From the NCBI GenBank assembly GCA_965204095.1, contig OZ241991.1, positions 806,105 to 870,104 on the forward strand: a DNA stretch of 64,000 nucleotides. The letters run 5' to 3'. Of the stretch, positions 8,840 to 18,510 are shown one piece after another. Below the pieces are notes generated by a model that ran no database searches, was not told where the DNA came from, and worked only from the letters and a program-made list of their open reading frames with translations. The first letter of the stretch is position 1, and the number at the start of each line of letters is the position of its first letter. Source of the DNA: Bryobacterales bacterium. GTDB lineage: Bacteria; Acidobacteriota; Terriglobia; Bryobacterales; UBA6623. The position numbers and the translations under genes were made by a program.

Positions 8840-9093
8840 CCTGCCCCGGCCTGCTAGGCCTGAGCACAGGGAGTCGGCGAGGCGCAGTCCGTGCGGGTCG
8901 CGAATCAGGGCTTCCCAGGCGTTCACCAGCCGCAAGCCACTGATTGTAAGGTCTTTACGGAACACGAATCACAAGACACGAGTCACGGCCGTTATGTTTT
9001 TCACGAATCACGAGACCCGAAACACGAATCACGGCTTTTGGGTTTTTCACGAATCACGAGACTCGAAACACGGTTTTTTTGGTACCTGTTGGT

Positions 9094-9117
9094 ACTGAAG
9101 CCCTTCAGTCTTTTTTT
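9094..9117 (+). terminator. second copy of the hairpin + T7 module
   Basis: actgaa gccc ttcagt c ttttttt, the same module as 8815-8839. Confidence 0.3.
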
Positions 9118-9890
9118 CGGTCGGGGGACGGTTTAGGTTGAAAGTGATGACGCCGTTGTTGGGAACAAAACCCCCATCCGCGCCCGTCGGGGACAAGTCG
9201 GGTGGGGAGAGAAGAGCCGCCCGAGCCGCGGCCTTTCAGGTTTTCACGAAACATGAGACCCGAGACCCGAGACACGGCGATAGCCTGGCGCGCGGCGCAA
9301 GCCAGCGCGAATTCCGAGGTTTTCACGAAACACGAATCACGAGACACGAATCACGAGACACGAATCACGGTTTTTTTTGCATGGGTGGCGCCACCGGAAA
9401 CCGCCGTCCGGACCACTGCGTCCGCCGGCAAGTCACTGTTTCCCGGTTCATCATTGTTCACGATTGTTCGCCATTGTTCGGCAAAAAATATTGTTGGGAG
9501 CCAGTGTCTCCGCGCCGCCCGGACGGCCGTTCCCGCCGCACGGTCACTGCTTTCCTGCGCGCTGTGGGGCGGCTATGACGCGGCATGGGCGGCGTATTGC
9601 TCCCGAGCCGGTGTCCGCGCGCCGTCCGCCGTTCTCGCTCAGACTCACGACGCGCTCCGTTCGCTGGGAATCCCGGAAAAGTGTACAAAATCCCGCTTCC
9701 TACAGGAAAATGCGCCAATCGCATCGCGCCGCAGATCTTGTCGCAACCCGGGCCGCTACCGCTGTGGTGAACGCAACATGAACCCTTATGGCGTTGACAC
9801 TCTCTCTGCCGCACTTTGCGCCTGCCCGAGGAAACAAGCTAGGCTGAGAAACATTCGCAACACTCGCTTCCCTTTTCCAGGAGGAACTCC

Positions 9891-11537
9891 ATGTCGATTC
9901 TCAAAGCGCTCCGTCGCACGAATCCCAGCGGCCTCAGCCGCCGCGAACTCTTCCGCAACGGCGGCCTGCTGGCGGCCGCCGGCCTCGCGCCTGCCGCTGT
10001 GTCCTCTGCTTCCGCCGCTCCCGCGATGAGCTTCGGCTCGGACATGTATCAGTCCATCGGCGTTCGTCCGGTCATCAACGCCAAGGGCACGTTCACGGTG
10101 ATGAGCGGCTCGCTGATGTTGCCCGAATGCCGTCAGGCCATGCAGGAGGCATCGCAGAACTTCGTCCAAATGGACGAGCTGATGGCAGGCGTCGGCAAGC
10201 GCATCGCCGAGATCACCGGCGCAGAATCCGCCATCGTCTCTTCGGGCTGCGCCGCGGCTCTCGTGCATGCCACGTCCGCCTGCATCGCGGGCGGCAACCC
10301 CGAGCGCATTGCCCGGCTGCCCGATCTGGAAGGCCTGAAGAGCGAAATCATCGCTCCGTCCTGGTCGCGCAACACCTACGACCACGCTGTCCGCATGCTG
10401 GGGATCAAGTTCATCGAAGTCGAAAACGAGCAGGAGATGCGCCGCGCCATCGGCGCCAAGACGGCGATGGTCATGGTGCTCGCTACGACTCGTGACAAGG
10501 GGCCGTTCGGACTCAAGGAGATCGCATCGGTAGCTCACGAGCACGACGTGCCGGTCCTGGTGGACGCGGCCGCGGAGGACCTGACCATCCCCAACGTGCA
10601 TCTCGAACGAGGGGCTGATCTTGTCGCCTATTCGGGCGGCAAGGCGTTACGGGGACCGCAGAGCGCCGGCCTGCTGATCGGGCGCAAGGACCTGATCGCC
10701 GCCGCTTGGCTCAACAGCGCGCCGCATCACGCCTTCGGACGCCCGATGAAAGTCGGCAAGGAAGACGCCATGGGTATGCTGGCCGCTGTCGAGATGTGGG
10801 TCAAGCGTGACCACGAGGCCGAGTGGAAGACCTGGGAAAGCTGGCTCGCCGAGATTGCCAACAGCGTCGAGCGCGTGTCGGGAGTGACCACCGAGGTCTC
10901 CCAGCCTCGGGGCTTGTCGAATCGCTCGCCTCGCCTCAGCGTGAAGTGGGACGGAGACAGGATCGGCATTTTCGGCGACGAGGTCGAGAAGCTCCTCTTC
11001 AAGGGGGATCCCCGCATCGTGCTTGCCGGCAGCCGCGGTCGACGGCGCAGGGGCGGTGAGACGTCGGTGACGATCATGCCGTGGCAGATGCAGCCCGGTA
11101 ACGCGAAAGTCATCGCCGCCGAACTGCACCGCGTGCTCTCCAAACCTCCCGAAATGGGCTCGAAGGGATCGCCGGGCGGACCCAACGTCGATGTCGCGGG
11201 CCAGTGGGATCTGCACGTCGACTACGTGCTGGGCAGCGCCGACAACGGGCTCTTCCTCGAGCAGTCGGGCGACGACCTCCACGGAACCCACGTCGGGGAG
11301 GCCACCGCGGCCGACATCCGCGGCTGGGTGGAAGGCAACCAGGTCCACTTCATGGCTCGACATCGCTACGAAGGTTCCGGCTTCGGCTTCACCTTTTCCG
11401 GACAGTTGAACGGAGACAGCATGGAAGGTGAGGTCGATCTCGGCGAATACTCACCCTACGGTCCCGCCAAGTGGTCCGCCAAGCGGCATGAGTACGGCCG
11501 GCCCGGCCCGGTGTTTCGGCCGCAAAAAAACGTCTAG
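9891..11537 (+). CDS. Tat-signal SelA-like (fold-type I, class V-like) PLP-dependent enzyme with a C-terminal beta-rich extension, paralog 1
   Basis: Twin-arginine motif SRRELFRNGGLLAAAGLA. AYSGGKALRGPQSAGLLIG resembles the SelA PLP-lysine loop. AGGAGG lies upstream of the ATG. Clearly homologous along its length to 31614..33227. Confidence 0.8.
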   Translation: MSILKALRRTNPSGLSRRELFRNGGLLAAAGLAPAAVSSASAAPAMSFGSDMYQSIGVRPVINAKGTFTVMSGSLMLPECRQAMQEASQNFVQMDELMAGVGKRIAEITGAESAIVSSGCAAALVHATSACIAGGNPERIARLPDLEGLKSEIIAPSWSRNTYDHAVRMLGIKFIEVENEQEMRRAIGAKTAMVMVLATTRDKGPFGLKEIASVAHEHDVPVLVDAAAEDLTIPNVHLERGADLVAYSGGKALRGPQSAGLLIGRKDLIAAAWLNSAPHHAFGRPMKVGKEDAMGMLAAVEMWVKRDHEAEWKTWESWLAEIANSVERVSGVTTEVSQPRGLSNRSPRLSVKWDGDRIGIFGDEVEKLLFKGDPRIVLAGSRGRRRRGGETSVTIMPWQMQPGNAKVIAAELHRVLSKPPEMGSKGSPGGPNVDVAGQWDLHVDYVLGSADNGLFLEQSGDDLHGTHVGEATAADIRGWVEGNQVHFMARHRYEGSGFGFTFSGQLNGDSMEGEVDLGEYSPYGPAKWSAKRHEYGRPGPVFRPQKNV

Positions 11538-11840
11538 TTGTGATATTTCAAAAGGATATCCGGCTCACCCCGGTCGATCCATAACCGCAGCAGCGGACCG
11601 ATGTTGACTTGATCCCGGCCGGCCAGCGGGAGAGTCGGAGGGTATCGAGAAACGGGATCGGGTTTCCCGATGGCTGGGCTGACGGAACCGGAAGTTGAAG
11701 TCCTTTTGGATCCTGGTGCTTGGCTTGACCCGGCGGATCACGGTCCGGGCTCATCCACTTCCCCTGGCGGCAAGAAGGAGAATACGGGAGCGTCGAAAGC
11801 GGTTCTACGAATCCCCGTCTCTTTTTCTCAGGCCCTCCGT

Positions 11841-12539
11841 CTATTCCTGAGACATCCTCTCTTCGACCGGCACGACCGGCAGCATGGTGAAGATGCGGTT
11901 GCCGGCATCCACTTCCACCGCCAATCCCGTGAACGTCCCCTCCCCCGGCGCGGTGCAGCGCACTGTCCCCACGAAGTCCGTCGTATCGGTCATGGTGAAC
12001 CCCTCTTCGATGAACCACGACATCTGCCCGTTGGCCTCCAGAGGGATCCCTACCTCTTCCAACACGGCGCCCCCGCTCATCAATCGGCACCTCACCTCCA
12101 TCGCTTCCTCTCCCAGGTTGTGCATCGCCGCCGCCGTGTGGATCCCTCCCTCCCGCCTTCGGGCCGGGAACAGGGCGTCCCGCACGGGCGGGCCGGCTCC
12201 CACCCCGGTCACTCCAACCCCCGGGACGCGATAGCGCAGCACCCCGCCGATAGGACCCTCCGAGACCACTTGCACCGAGCCGCTCACCTCCTCCCCGCGA
12301 CCGTGGGTCGCTATCGTGAGTTCTCCCAGCGGCTCCATCGCCGTCCGAACCGTCAGCCCGCCGTCCTCTTGGACTTCCAGATCGCCCGTCACCTCCACCA
12401 CTGATGCGGCGGTCACCGGATCGCCTTGCTGATCGGAAAAGTAGAGGGCGGGGCGGATCGGTATGGCGCCCACATTGACGAGCACCACCTCGGACGTGAT
12501 GCCCTTCCCATTGGCGAAATGCGCGAAGTCCAGGGTAGA
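11841..12539 (-). pseudogene. 5'-truncated fragment of a two-domain beta-sandwich protein (LDFAHFANG...VLVN-type domains)
   Basis: Domain-like sequence starts abruptly at STLDFAHFANGKGITSEVVLVN with no signal peptide or plausible N-terminus. The upstream part of the track ORF overlaps the opposite-strand response-regulator fragment. Confidence 0.45.
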
Positions 12540-12561
12540 CCCTTCCGGTGGCCTGATCAAG

Positions 12562-13116
12562 ATGTGCCGGCCCGACCTAGTCCTGCTGGACCTGCTGCTG
12601 CCCGGGATGGACGGCATCGAGCTGATGCAAAGCGTCCCCGCGCTGGCCGATCGGCCGGTCATCTTCCTGTCCGCGTACGGCAGGGACGAGACGATCGCCC
12701 GCGCTCTGGAGGCCAGAGCGGCCGATTACATCGTCAAGCCGTTCTCGCCGACGGAGCTGGTGGCGAGAATCCAGGCGGCCCTGCGCAAGCGGAACGCACC
12801 GCGCCCGCTCTATCAGATGGGAGAGTTGGCCATCGACTACGACGAGCGCCGGGTGAGCCTGGCCGGCCGCCCAGTGCAACTGACCGCCACCGAATACAAT
12901 CTGCTACGCGAGCTCTCGGTCAAGGCCGGGCGCGTTTTGACCTACGAAGACCTGCTGCGCCGGGAGTGGGGTCCGAAGGACGCCAGTGACGCCCGGCTGG
13001 TGCGCGCCTTCGTGAAGAAGCTCCGCCGCAAGCTGGGCGACGATGCGAGCCGCCCAACGTACATCTTGAACGAGCACGGGGTCGGCTACCGCATGGCCAA
13101 GCCGGAGAATGGCTGA
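12562..13116 (+). pseudogene. OmpR-family response regulator lacking about 45 N-terminal residues of the receiver domain
   Basis: Homology begins at PDLVLLDLLLPGMDG (beta3 with the phospho-acceptor Asp). The acidic-pocket N-terminal strand is absent. The winged-helix C-terminus is intact (LTATEYNLLRELS..., YILNEHGVGYRM). Confidence 0.7.
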
Positions 13117-13266
13117 GAATCTTCCCCTCCGGAGCCGAAGAGGACCGGAACCATAAAGAAGACAGAACATGGAAATCGACATTGCTTTAGTCCGCATCGC
13201 CGAGACCGCGCTGTGGATGATGGATCACATCATGAACAATCGGCTGAGCCTGGCGTTCGGCCGGAG

Positions 13267-13792
13267 CTATGTCCGCATTCCGCTTGAAGGCTCGCCGCAT
13301 ATCTTGAACGCCGATGCGCTGGAAACCGACTGGACGGCATTGTTGCCGCCAGAGGCATTCCTGCCCTCACAGAACGCAAGCAGCGTGCCTTTCTGGGTGG
13401 TGACCAACGCCGGGATTCGGTTTGAATGGGGAGACCGTCAAAATCATCACGCAGTTTTCTCCGAAATATCTAATCCCGGCGATCGCTGTTGCAGCCGCCA
13501 CACTCGCTAGCCCCTTCGGCCGCTTGCAGGTGGACGGGGCAAGCAAGTCAGCCAAACGCTCCAGGCAGGCTCACAAACCAGCCTCAAAGCTCCTTACTAT
13601 TGTTTTGTTGTCTTCCAGCAACACGGTCGTCGGATGCCCCAGGTATTGGCCGGCCCCACGGTCCACCGTTACCTGTCGATGGGTCTCCGCGGCCAAATCA
13701 ATCGTCGGAATCCCTTACCCTTTGGACACTTTGGATGCGACTTTTTGAGCGGCAGCAGGTGTTGCCGCTAGGAAAAGGACCGTTGCCGTCAT
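13267..13792 (-). pseudogene. relics of sialidase/BNR-type (GH33-like) gene(s)
   Basis: Reverse frame reads MTATVLFLAATPAAAQKVASKVSKG-TAA-GIPTIDLAAETHRQVTVDRGAGQYLGHPTTVLLEDNKTIV, i.e. a signal peptide followed by an in-frame stop. A separate short frame reads SNRIPALVTTQKGTLLAFCEGR (FRIP-type motif) bounded by stops. Confidence 0.45.
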
Positions 13793-13898
13793 TGCTGCCC
13801 TCAAACCCACGACGCCCGGCAATACCTTGGCTTTGGCCGAGCGATAATTTCGGTTGATCAAAATGCTTCTCCCTTACCGGACAACTAAGTGTGTTCCC

Positions 13899-16800
13899 TC
13901 AGAACTTGATTTCGGCTCCGAACTGCCAGATGCGCGGGTCATGCACTGACGAAATCTGACCGAAAGCACTGGAGTTTACATTGTCTTGGGGATTTCTCAA
14001 GTTCGGATGGTTCAACGAGTTGAAGGCTTGTATGCGGACCCGAAGAGCGATCTGCTCGGTAAGATGGAAATCGCGGTGCAATCCGAGGTCCAACAGAAAG
14101 AAACTTGGTCCCCGATTGTGAGCGTCCCGAATCGGCGCGGTACCGTAGTGTCCGTCCACAAGCGAGTAGGCATCCGGGCTAGTCCAGATTATGTTTCCGT
14201 TCGACGCCACAGTCCCGCGGACGCTCCTGCTGGCCTCGCCGGCGTCGGTGAGTAGATCAGGACGCTGACTACCTGGCAGTCCGTTACTGGCGCTCTGGCG
14301 AACTGCAAGTGGGGCACCGGACTGAGTCATCAGCGTGCTTGTTATCTGCAAGCGCCCCAGCAGGATGTTGAGGGTCTTGTTGCCGGAATACCTACCCCCT
14401 GAGCCAAATGGGGAATCATATACCAAATTAGCGACTAGGTTGTGCGGCCGGTCGTAAGCACCCACAGCCCGAGCGTCCCGCAAGTTGTAGGGGTTCTGCT
14501 CGCGTCCCCTGATGTTCCCGCTGGCATTGGCGATGACGTTGTCGATCTCCTTCGACAAGGTATAGCCAACCAGGAAGGCAAGCCCGCCACCGAACCGCCT
14601 CTGAAACGTAAGCTGCATGGCGTGGTAGAGTGAGTCGCGATCGTTCTGAAACGCACTTGCGCCGCCATACTGGGGGAACGGATGTGAGGCGCGCTCGCGA
14701 GTGATCGTAGGAGCGCCAAGAGTGCCTGGGACGAGGCCGGCAAGCGGGTTGGGAACTCTCTCATCCAAGAACGTCCGAGCGGCCCCCTGTTGTCCGCTAG
14801 CTTCCTGCAACGCGACAGCCTCCTGTATCAGGGACTCAGGGGCAAGATTGTAGCCGCGATTTGAAAGCAGGCGTAAGCCTCTGTTCCCGGTGTAGAGAAT
14901 CTCTAACAGCGTGTTCCGCCACAACTCCCGCTGCACTCCGAAATTCCATTGATAGATGCGGGGATTTTCAAGCTGCCGGTTCAGTGGATTGGTAAAGCCA
15001 AGACCAAGATAGGCGGCTTCCCCACGCGGCCCATCTGCGGGAGGGAGTTCATAGTTCCCTCTCAGTACCAGAGCCGGCTCGGCGGAGGCGGGCTTTAGCG
15101 GGCTGAAAGTCGTCTCAAACCCCGGCGCGGCGGCGAAATACCCCGAGGTCGGAATCGGCGAGTAATAAACACCGAAACCCCCACGAATAACCGTACCTGC
15201 CAGACGACTCGGAGAATATGCAAATCCAAACCGAGGCGACCAGTTGTTGTAATCGCCGATCCGAATATTTCGCGAATTTCCCCCGATGCCCGCGTACTGG
15301 AATACCCCCGGAAGGCTGACAATCGAGTTTGCGGAAGTTGTGTCTAACCAACCGACTTGATTGTTCTGCTCCAACAAAGGCCCAACCGCCTCCCAACGCA
15401 ACCCGAGATTCAGTGTTAACGTGGGTAGAACCTTAAAGTCATCCCCAAAATACAGCGCTGGAGCGCTCTGATGAACACGGACGAGCGGCTGCCGCTGAAT
15501 CGTCACAGCGTTAGGCAGGCCAAGCAGTCCGGACGCCACAGAGAACCCGGTGCCCGACGTTCCCTTCCCGGTCTGACTTGCGCTGAAAGACCACGATCCG
15601 TTTGGCAGGCCGGTGGCGACGAGGCCCGAGAGATACTGCCGCCGTAGATCGGCGCCGAAACGCATACTATGCTCGCCTTTTTGCCAGGAGAATGCCGGAT
15701 TGATCTGGAAATTTTCAGAAATAAAGCTCTGTGGACTTCCTGTGCCGATAGAGTGGAAACCGGCGAAATTAGCGCGAGGAGTCAGGTTCAGGATATTCCC
15801 CTCCTCCAAAGCTGGCGTGATGCTGTACCCAAAGAGTGAAGTTCCTTGGGTGTTCCTCGTCAAATCGGTGATCTGTCGATTCCATTTCGTATACCCGGCG
15901 CTCGCAGAAAACAGCAATGAGGGACTAAGAGTGTACGAATAATTCGCTGTCAGGTTGGAGGAAGGAAACTTAATGAATTGGGACGCGGGATCGTGAAGAC
16001 CTAAGACCTTATCTGAATCTGCGTCTGATCGTACTCTTGTGACTTTGAACATCAGCTTCTGCCTGTGGGACAAGACGTGGTCGACTCTGGCCGTCATGTT
16101 ATCGACTTTGACAAACGAAAAAAACCTTCCCAGGAAGTTGGAAGCGGGCCCTACTCCCCTGTTTGGTTCAGGATAGACACGCAGCATCTGCTCCCCGAAG
16201 CTATTGAACTGCGACACGGGAATTTGATTGTTGGGGTATGGCGTGCGATCAGCGGCAGAGCTCGCACTTGCGGGGTCATATACGACCTCGCTGATCTCAG
16301 AGAAATCACCAGCACGCATCTTCAAAGTCGGGATCGTGGTGACTTGAGGGAATTTCCGAATCCACCGGGCTGAGTCCCATCCGAAGAAGAAGAATGAGCG
16401 ATTTCGTGCGATCGGCCCGCCTACACTGCCACCGAACTGGTTGTAGACATTGGGTGGTTTGGCGGCTGTTGCGGGCAGAGCTAATCTTGTCTGGGTTGCC
16501 GTACTGCGGTGAGCATAGAAGAGGTTGCCGTGGAGTTCATTGCTGCCGCCTTTCGTCACGAAATTGACTACGCCGCCCACCGTATGACCATGTTCAGCCG
16601 ACATCGCCCCAGACTGCACTCGGAACTCCTGGAGGGCGTCCGCCGCTGGAAGCGCCAGTATAGAACCATCGCGTAAGTTTGTTACGCTAATTCCATCCAC
16701 CAGATATTCCTGATAACCACCTGAGCTGGTGCGAATGCCTCCATTGATGTTGTAACGCGACGTGATGTTTGCACCGTCGCTACCTGGCCGATTGAACGAC

Positions 16801-17333
16801 GCATTCCCTTCTCTGGTGACCACCCCGGGGGTCAGCATCATCAGGGCGAGAGGATTCCGTGTTTGAAGAGGCAAGGATTCGAGCTGGCGCTCGGTTACGA
16901 TTTGCCCCTTAGTGCCAGTGTCATAGTCAAGTAACGTGCTGTCAGCGGTAACAGTAATAACTTCCCGAGTGGAAGCAATTTGCAGAACCACATCGACCCT
17001 GGTCACTCGGTTCACCTCGACCGCGATCGCGGTGATGCGAACCGGATCGAAGGCGCTGTGCGTGGCGGACAAGATGTAACTCCCCGGTTGTAACTGCACG
17101 AAACGATAAATCCCTTCTTCGTTCGATTTCGTTTCGAATGACACACCGGTCAGCTCATGCCGGAGCTGCACTGTCACGGCGGGGATGATGGCCGCGCTCG
17201 AGTCGCTCACAGCTCCTGTGACCGTGCCAGTGGATTGGGCTATTCCCGCATGGGGAATGGCAAACATCAAGAGTATCCAAACAACCGAGAATACTCCTAA
17301 TACTCTGATCCTTTGTGGTCGTGACGGAAGCAT
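13899..17333 (-). CDS. TonB-dependent outer-membrane receptor with N-terminal carboxypeptidase-regulatory-like domain
   Basis: TGTVTGAVSDSS...YRFVQLQPGSYILSATH (CarboxypepD_reg), a plug region, a long beta-barrel, and a terminal ...FGAEIKF. Lower GC than neighbouring genes. Confidence 0.9.
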   Translation of the reverse strand: MLPSRPQRIRVLGVFSVVWILLMFAIPHAGIAQSTGTVTGAVSDSSAAIIPAVTVQLRHELTGVSFETKSNEEGIYRFVQLQPGSYILSATHSAFDPVRITAIAVEVNRVTRVDVVLQIASTREVITVTADSTLLDYDTGTKGQIVTERQLESLPLQTRNPLALMMLTPGVVTREGNASFNRPGSDGANITSRYNINGGIRTSSGGYQEYLVDGISVTNLRDGSILALPAADALQEFRVQSGAMSAEHGHTVGGVVNFVTKGGSNELHGNLFYAHRSTATQTRLALPATAAKPPNVYNQFGGSVGGPIARNRSFFFFGWDSARWIRKFPQVTTIPTLKMRAGDFSEISEVVYDPASASSAADRTPYPNNQIPVSQFNSFGEQMLRVYPEPNRGVGPASNFLGRFFSFVKVDNMTARVDHVLSHRQKLMFKVTRVRSDADSDKVLGLHDPASQFIKFPSSNLTANYSYTLSPSLLFSASAGYTKWNRQITDLTRNTQGTSLFGYSITPALEEGNILNLTPRANFAGFHSIGTGSPQSFISENFQINPAFSWQKGEHSMRFGADLRRQYLSGLVATGLPNGSWSFSASQTGKGTSGTGFSVASGLLGLPNAVTIQRQPLVRVHQSAPALYFGDDFKVLPTLTLNLGLRWEAVGPLLEQNNQVGWLDTTSANSIVSLPGVFQYAGIGGNSRNIRIGDYNNWSPRFGFAYSPSRLAGTVIRGGFGVYYSPIPTSGYFAAAPGFETTFSPLKPASAEPALVLRGNYELPPADGPRGEAAYLGLGFTNPLNRQLENPRIYQWNFGVQRELWRNTLLEILYTGNRGLRLLSNRGYNLAPESLIQEAVALQEASGQQGAARTFLDERVPNPLAGLVPGTLGAPTITRERASHPFPQYGGASAFQNDRDSLYHAMQLTFQRRFGGGLAFLVGYTLSKEIDNVIANASGNIRGREQNPYNLRDARAVGAYDRPHNLVANLVYDSPFGSGGRYSGNKTLNILLGRLQITSTLMTQSGAPLAVRQSASNGLPGSQRPDLLTDAGEASRSVRGTVASNGNIIWTSPDAYSLVDGHYGTAPIRDAHNRGPSFFLLDLGLHRDFHLTEQIALRVRIQAFNSLNHPNLRNPQDNVNSSAFGQISSVHDPRIWQFGAEIKF

Positions 17334-17374
17334 TGAAATAACCCTCCCATAACCCTCATAACCCTTTCGTTAAT

Positions 17375-18115
17375 CTACTTCCGGGAACCGTCGATTGCGG
17401 CGTCTGCACGCCTCAGCGTCTCGGAAGCTTTTGACTGACCGTCCTCGTCGGAGCTAATGTATCGCCCATATGACAACTCGATGTGTTCACGAACCGCCTC
17501 GGCGATGGCCTGGTCTTCCCGGCTTCGGAGGGCCGCGACAAGGGGCTCATGCGGCCGGACAACTGCTGTAAGATTCGCACGAGACCGGCTGCGACACACA
17601 CAGATATACGCGAACAGCGGTATCGTTACCTGCTCCAAGATCCGAGAGAGAAGGGTGTTGCCCGACTTCTGCCAGATAAAGCGGTGAAACTCCAGGTCCA
17701 CTTTTTCGACTTCGTAGTAGGAGTTTTCGGAAGTGAGTCTCGAGATCTCCTCGGCTCGCTGCTGTAAGATGTCGAATTCTTCGGGGGACAGCCGGGCGGC
17801 GGCTTCAATTGCAGCGTGCTGTTCCAAGTGAGTCCGAACAATACAGCGCTCGTGTATTTCACTGGGGGATAGTGCAGCGACGTAGGTGCCTTTGTTGGGA
17901 ACCCGCACTGCCAGATGGGCGCACTCCAGTTGAAGCAATCCCTCACGGACGGTGGCCTGGCTCACCTTCAGCTCACGCGCGAGGTGGAGCTCTCGGAGAG
18001 CAGCCCCGGGCTGAAGCGCGCCAGAGAATATTGCTGATCTCATGGCCTCGAAAACCAGATCAGAGGCCGATGAAGGCTTGATGGGCTCAAACTGAACCGG
18101 GGGTGTGGTCGTCAT
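17375..18115 (-). CDS. GntR-family transcriptional regulator (FadR/FCD-type C-terminal domain)
   Basis: LRELHLARELKVSQATVREGLLQLE winged HTH plus a helical C-terminal domain. Confidence 0.85.
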   Translation of the reverse strand: MTTTPPVQFEPIKPSSASDLVFEAMRSAIFSGALQPGAALRELHLARELKVSQATVREGLLQLECAHLAVRVPNKGTYVAALSPSEIHERCIVRTHLEQHAAIEAAARLSPEEFDILQQRAEEISRLTSENSYYEVEKVDLEFHRFIWQKSGNTLLSRILEQVTIPLFAYICVCRSRSRANLTAVVRPHEPLVAALRSREDQAIAEAVREHIELSYGRYISSDEDGQSKASETLRRADAAIDGSRK

Positions 18116-18510
18116 CGATTAATGGATCTATGCCCTTCTGAATTATCGTTAAGTCAATTTGTACTGAATCCTCCGGGGTTTGTCAAGCAAAATCTGACCA
18201 GCCTGTCAAGACTCGATAGAAATGTCCCCCTGGGCAACTCGGGCAGTTGCTCGCGCTCGATGCGGCCGTTGATCCATCTGAGACGGAAGGCCTCCGAACC
18301 GCCGAGGCAGATCACGCCGTCCGCGCTGGGTTCCCTGGGAATTGCGCGCAATCTGGCGTCCGTTGGAATGAGGAAAAGCGGGGACTCCTTTGGTTTCACC
18401 GACCTTGAGAACCGCCGGAAAATGTCCAGAAATGTCCGGGTGCAAGGGGGGTAAAATTTCTGTGGAAGACTGCTAACTGCTTTGTTTGCTGCTATTTAAT
18501 TGTCGCCGAA

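Larger units (their letters stand above)
8659..9378 (+). repeat. cluster of about 7 tandem-heptamer arrays (unit CACGARW), each framed by GGTTTT ... CACGGCYTTTT
   Basis: For example, 9326-9370 reads cacgaaa cacgaat cacgaga cacgaat cacgaga cacgaat cacgg. ORFs here translate to HETRDTNHE-type low-complexity strings. Confidence 0.85.

Noticed and set aside
8659-9378. Possible CRISPR array, because of the many short direct repeats
   Set aside because: The units are 7 nt and contiguous, with no 25-40-nt repeats separated by unique spacers, no leader and no cas genes in the window.
8516-9578. ORFs 8516..8746, 8832..9098, 8891..9136, 9138..9578 and 9202..10029, which encode HETRDTNHE/HESRDTNHG-type strings
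   Set aside because: They are read-throughs of the CACGARW heptamer arrays and other repeats. The peptides are low-complexity, the frames overlap one another, and there are no start contexts. I treat them as non-coding.
9891-11537. Annotation as genuine selenocysteine synthase SelA
   Set aside because: A Tat export signal, an extra C-terminal domain, a second paralog, and no selB/selC/selD or SECIS-containing genes nearby argue against it. Only the fold-level SelA-like assignment is supported.
11548-11840. A minus-strand frame ending ...LAGRDQVNIGPLLRLWIDRGEPDILLKYHN-stop, overlapping the stop of the SelA-like gene
   Set aside because: About 70 open codons but no start codon and no recognisable family. 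It may be another gene crumb, but the evidence is too thin to report as a feature.
13169-13510. Plus-strand 113-aa ORF in the AT-richer spacer
   Set aside because: No recognisable features. The opposite strand carries sialidase FRIP-type and BNR-type relic sequence, which better explains the open frames.
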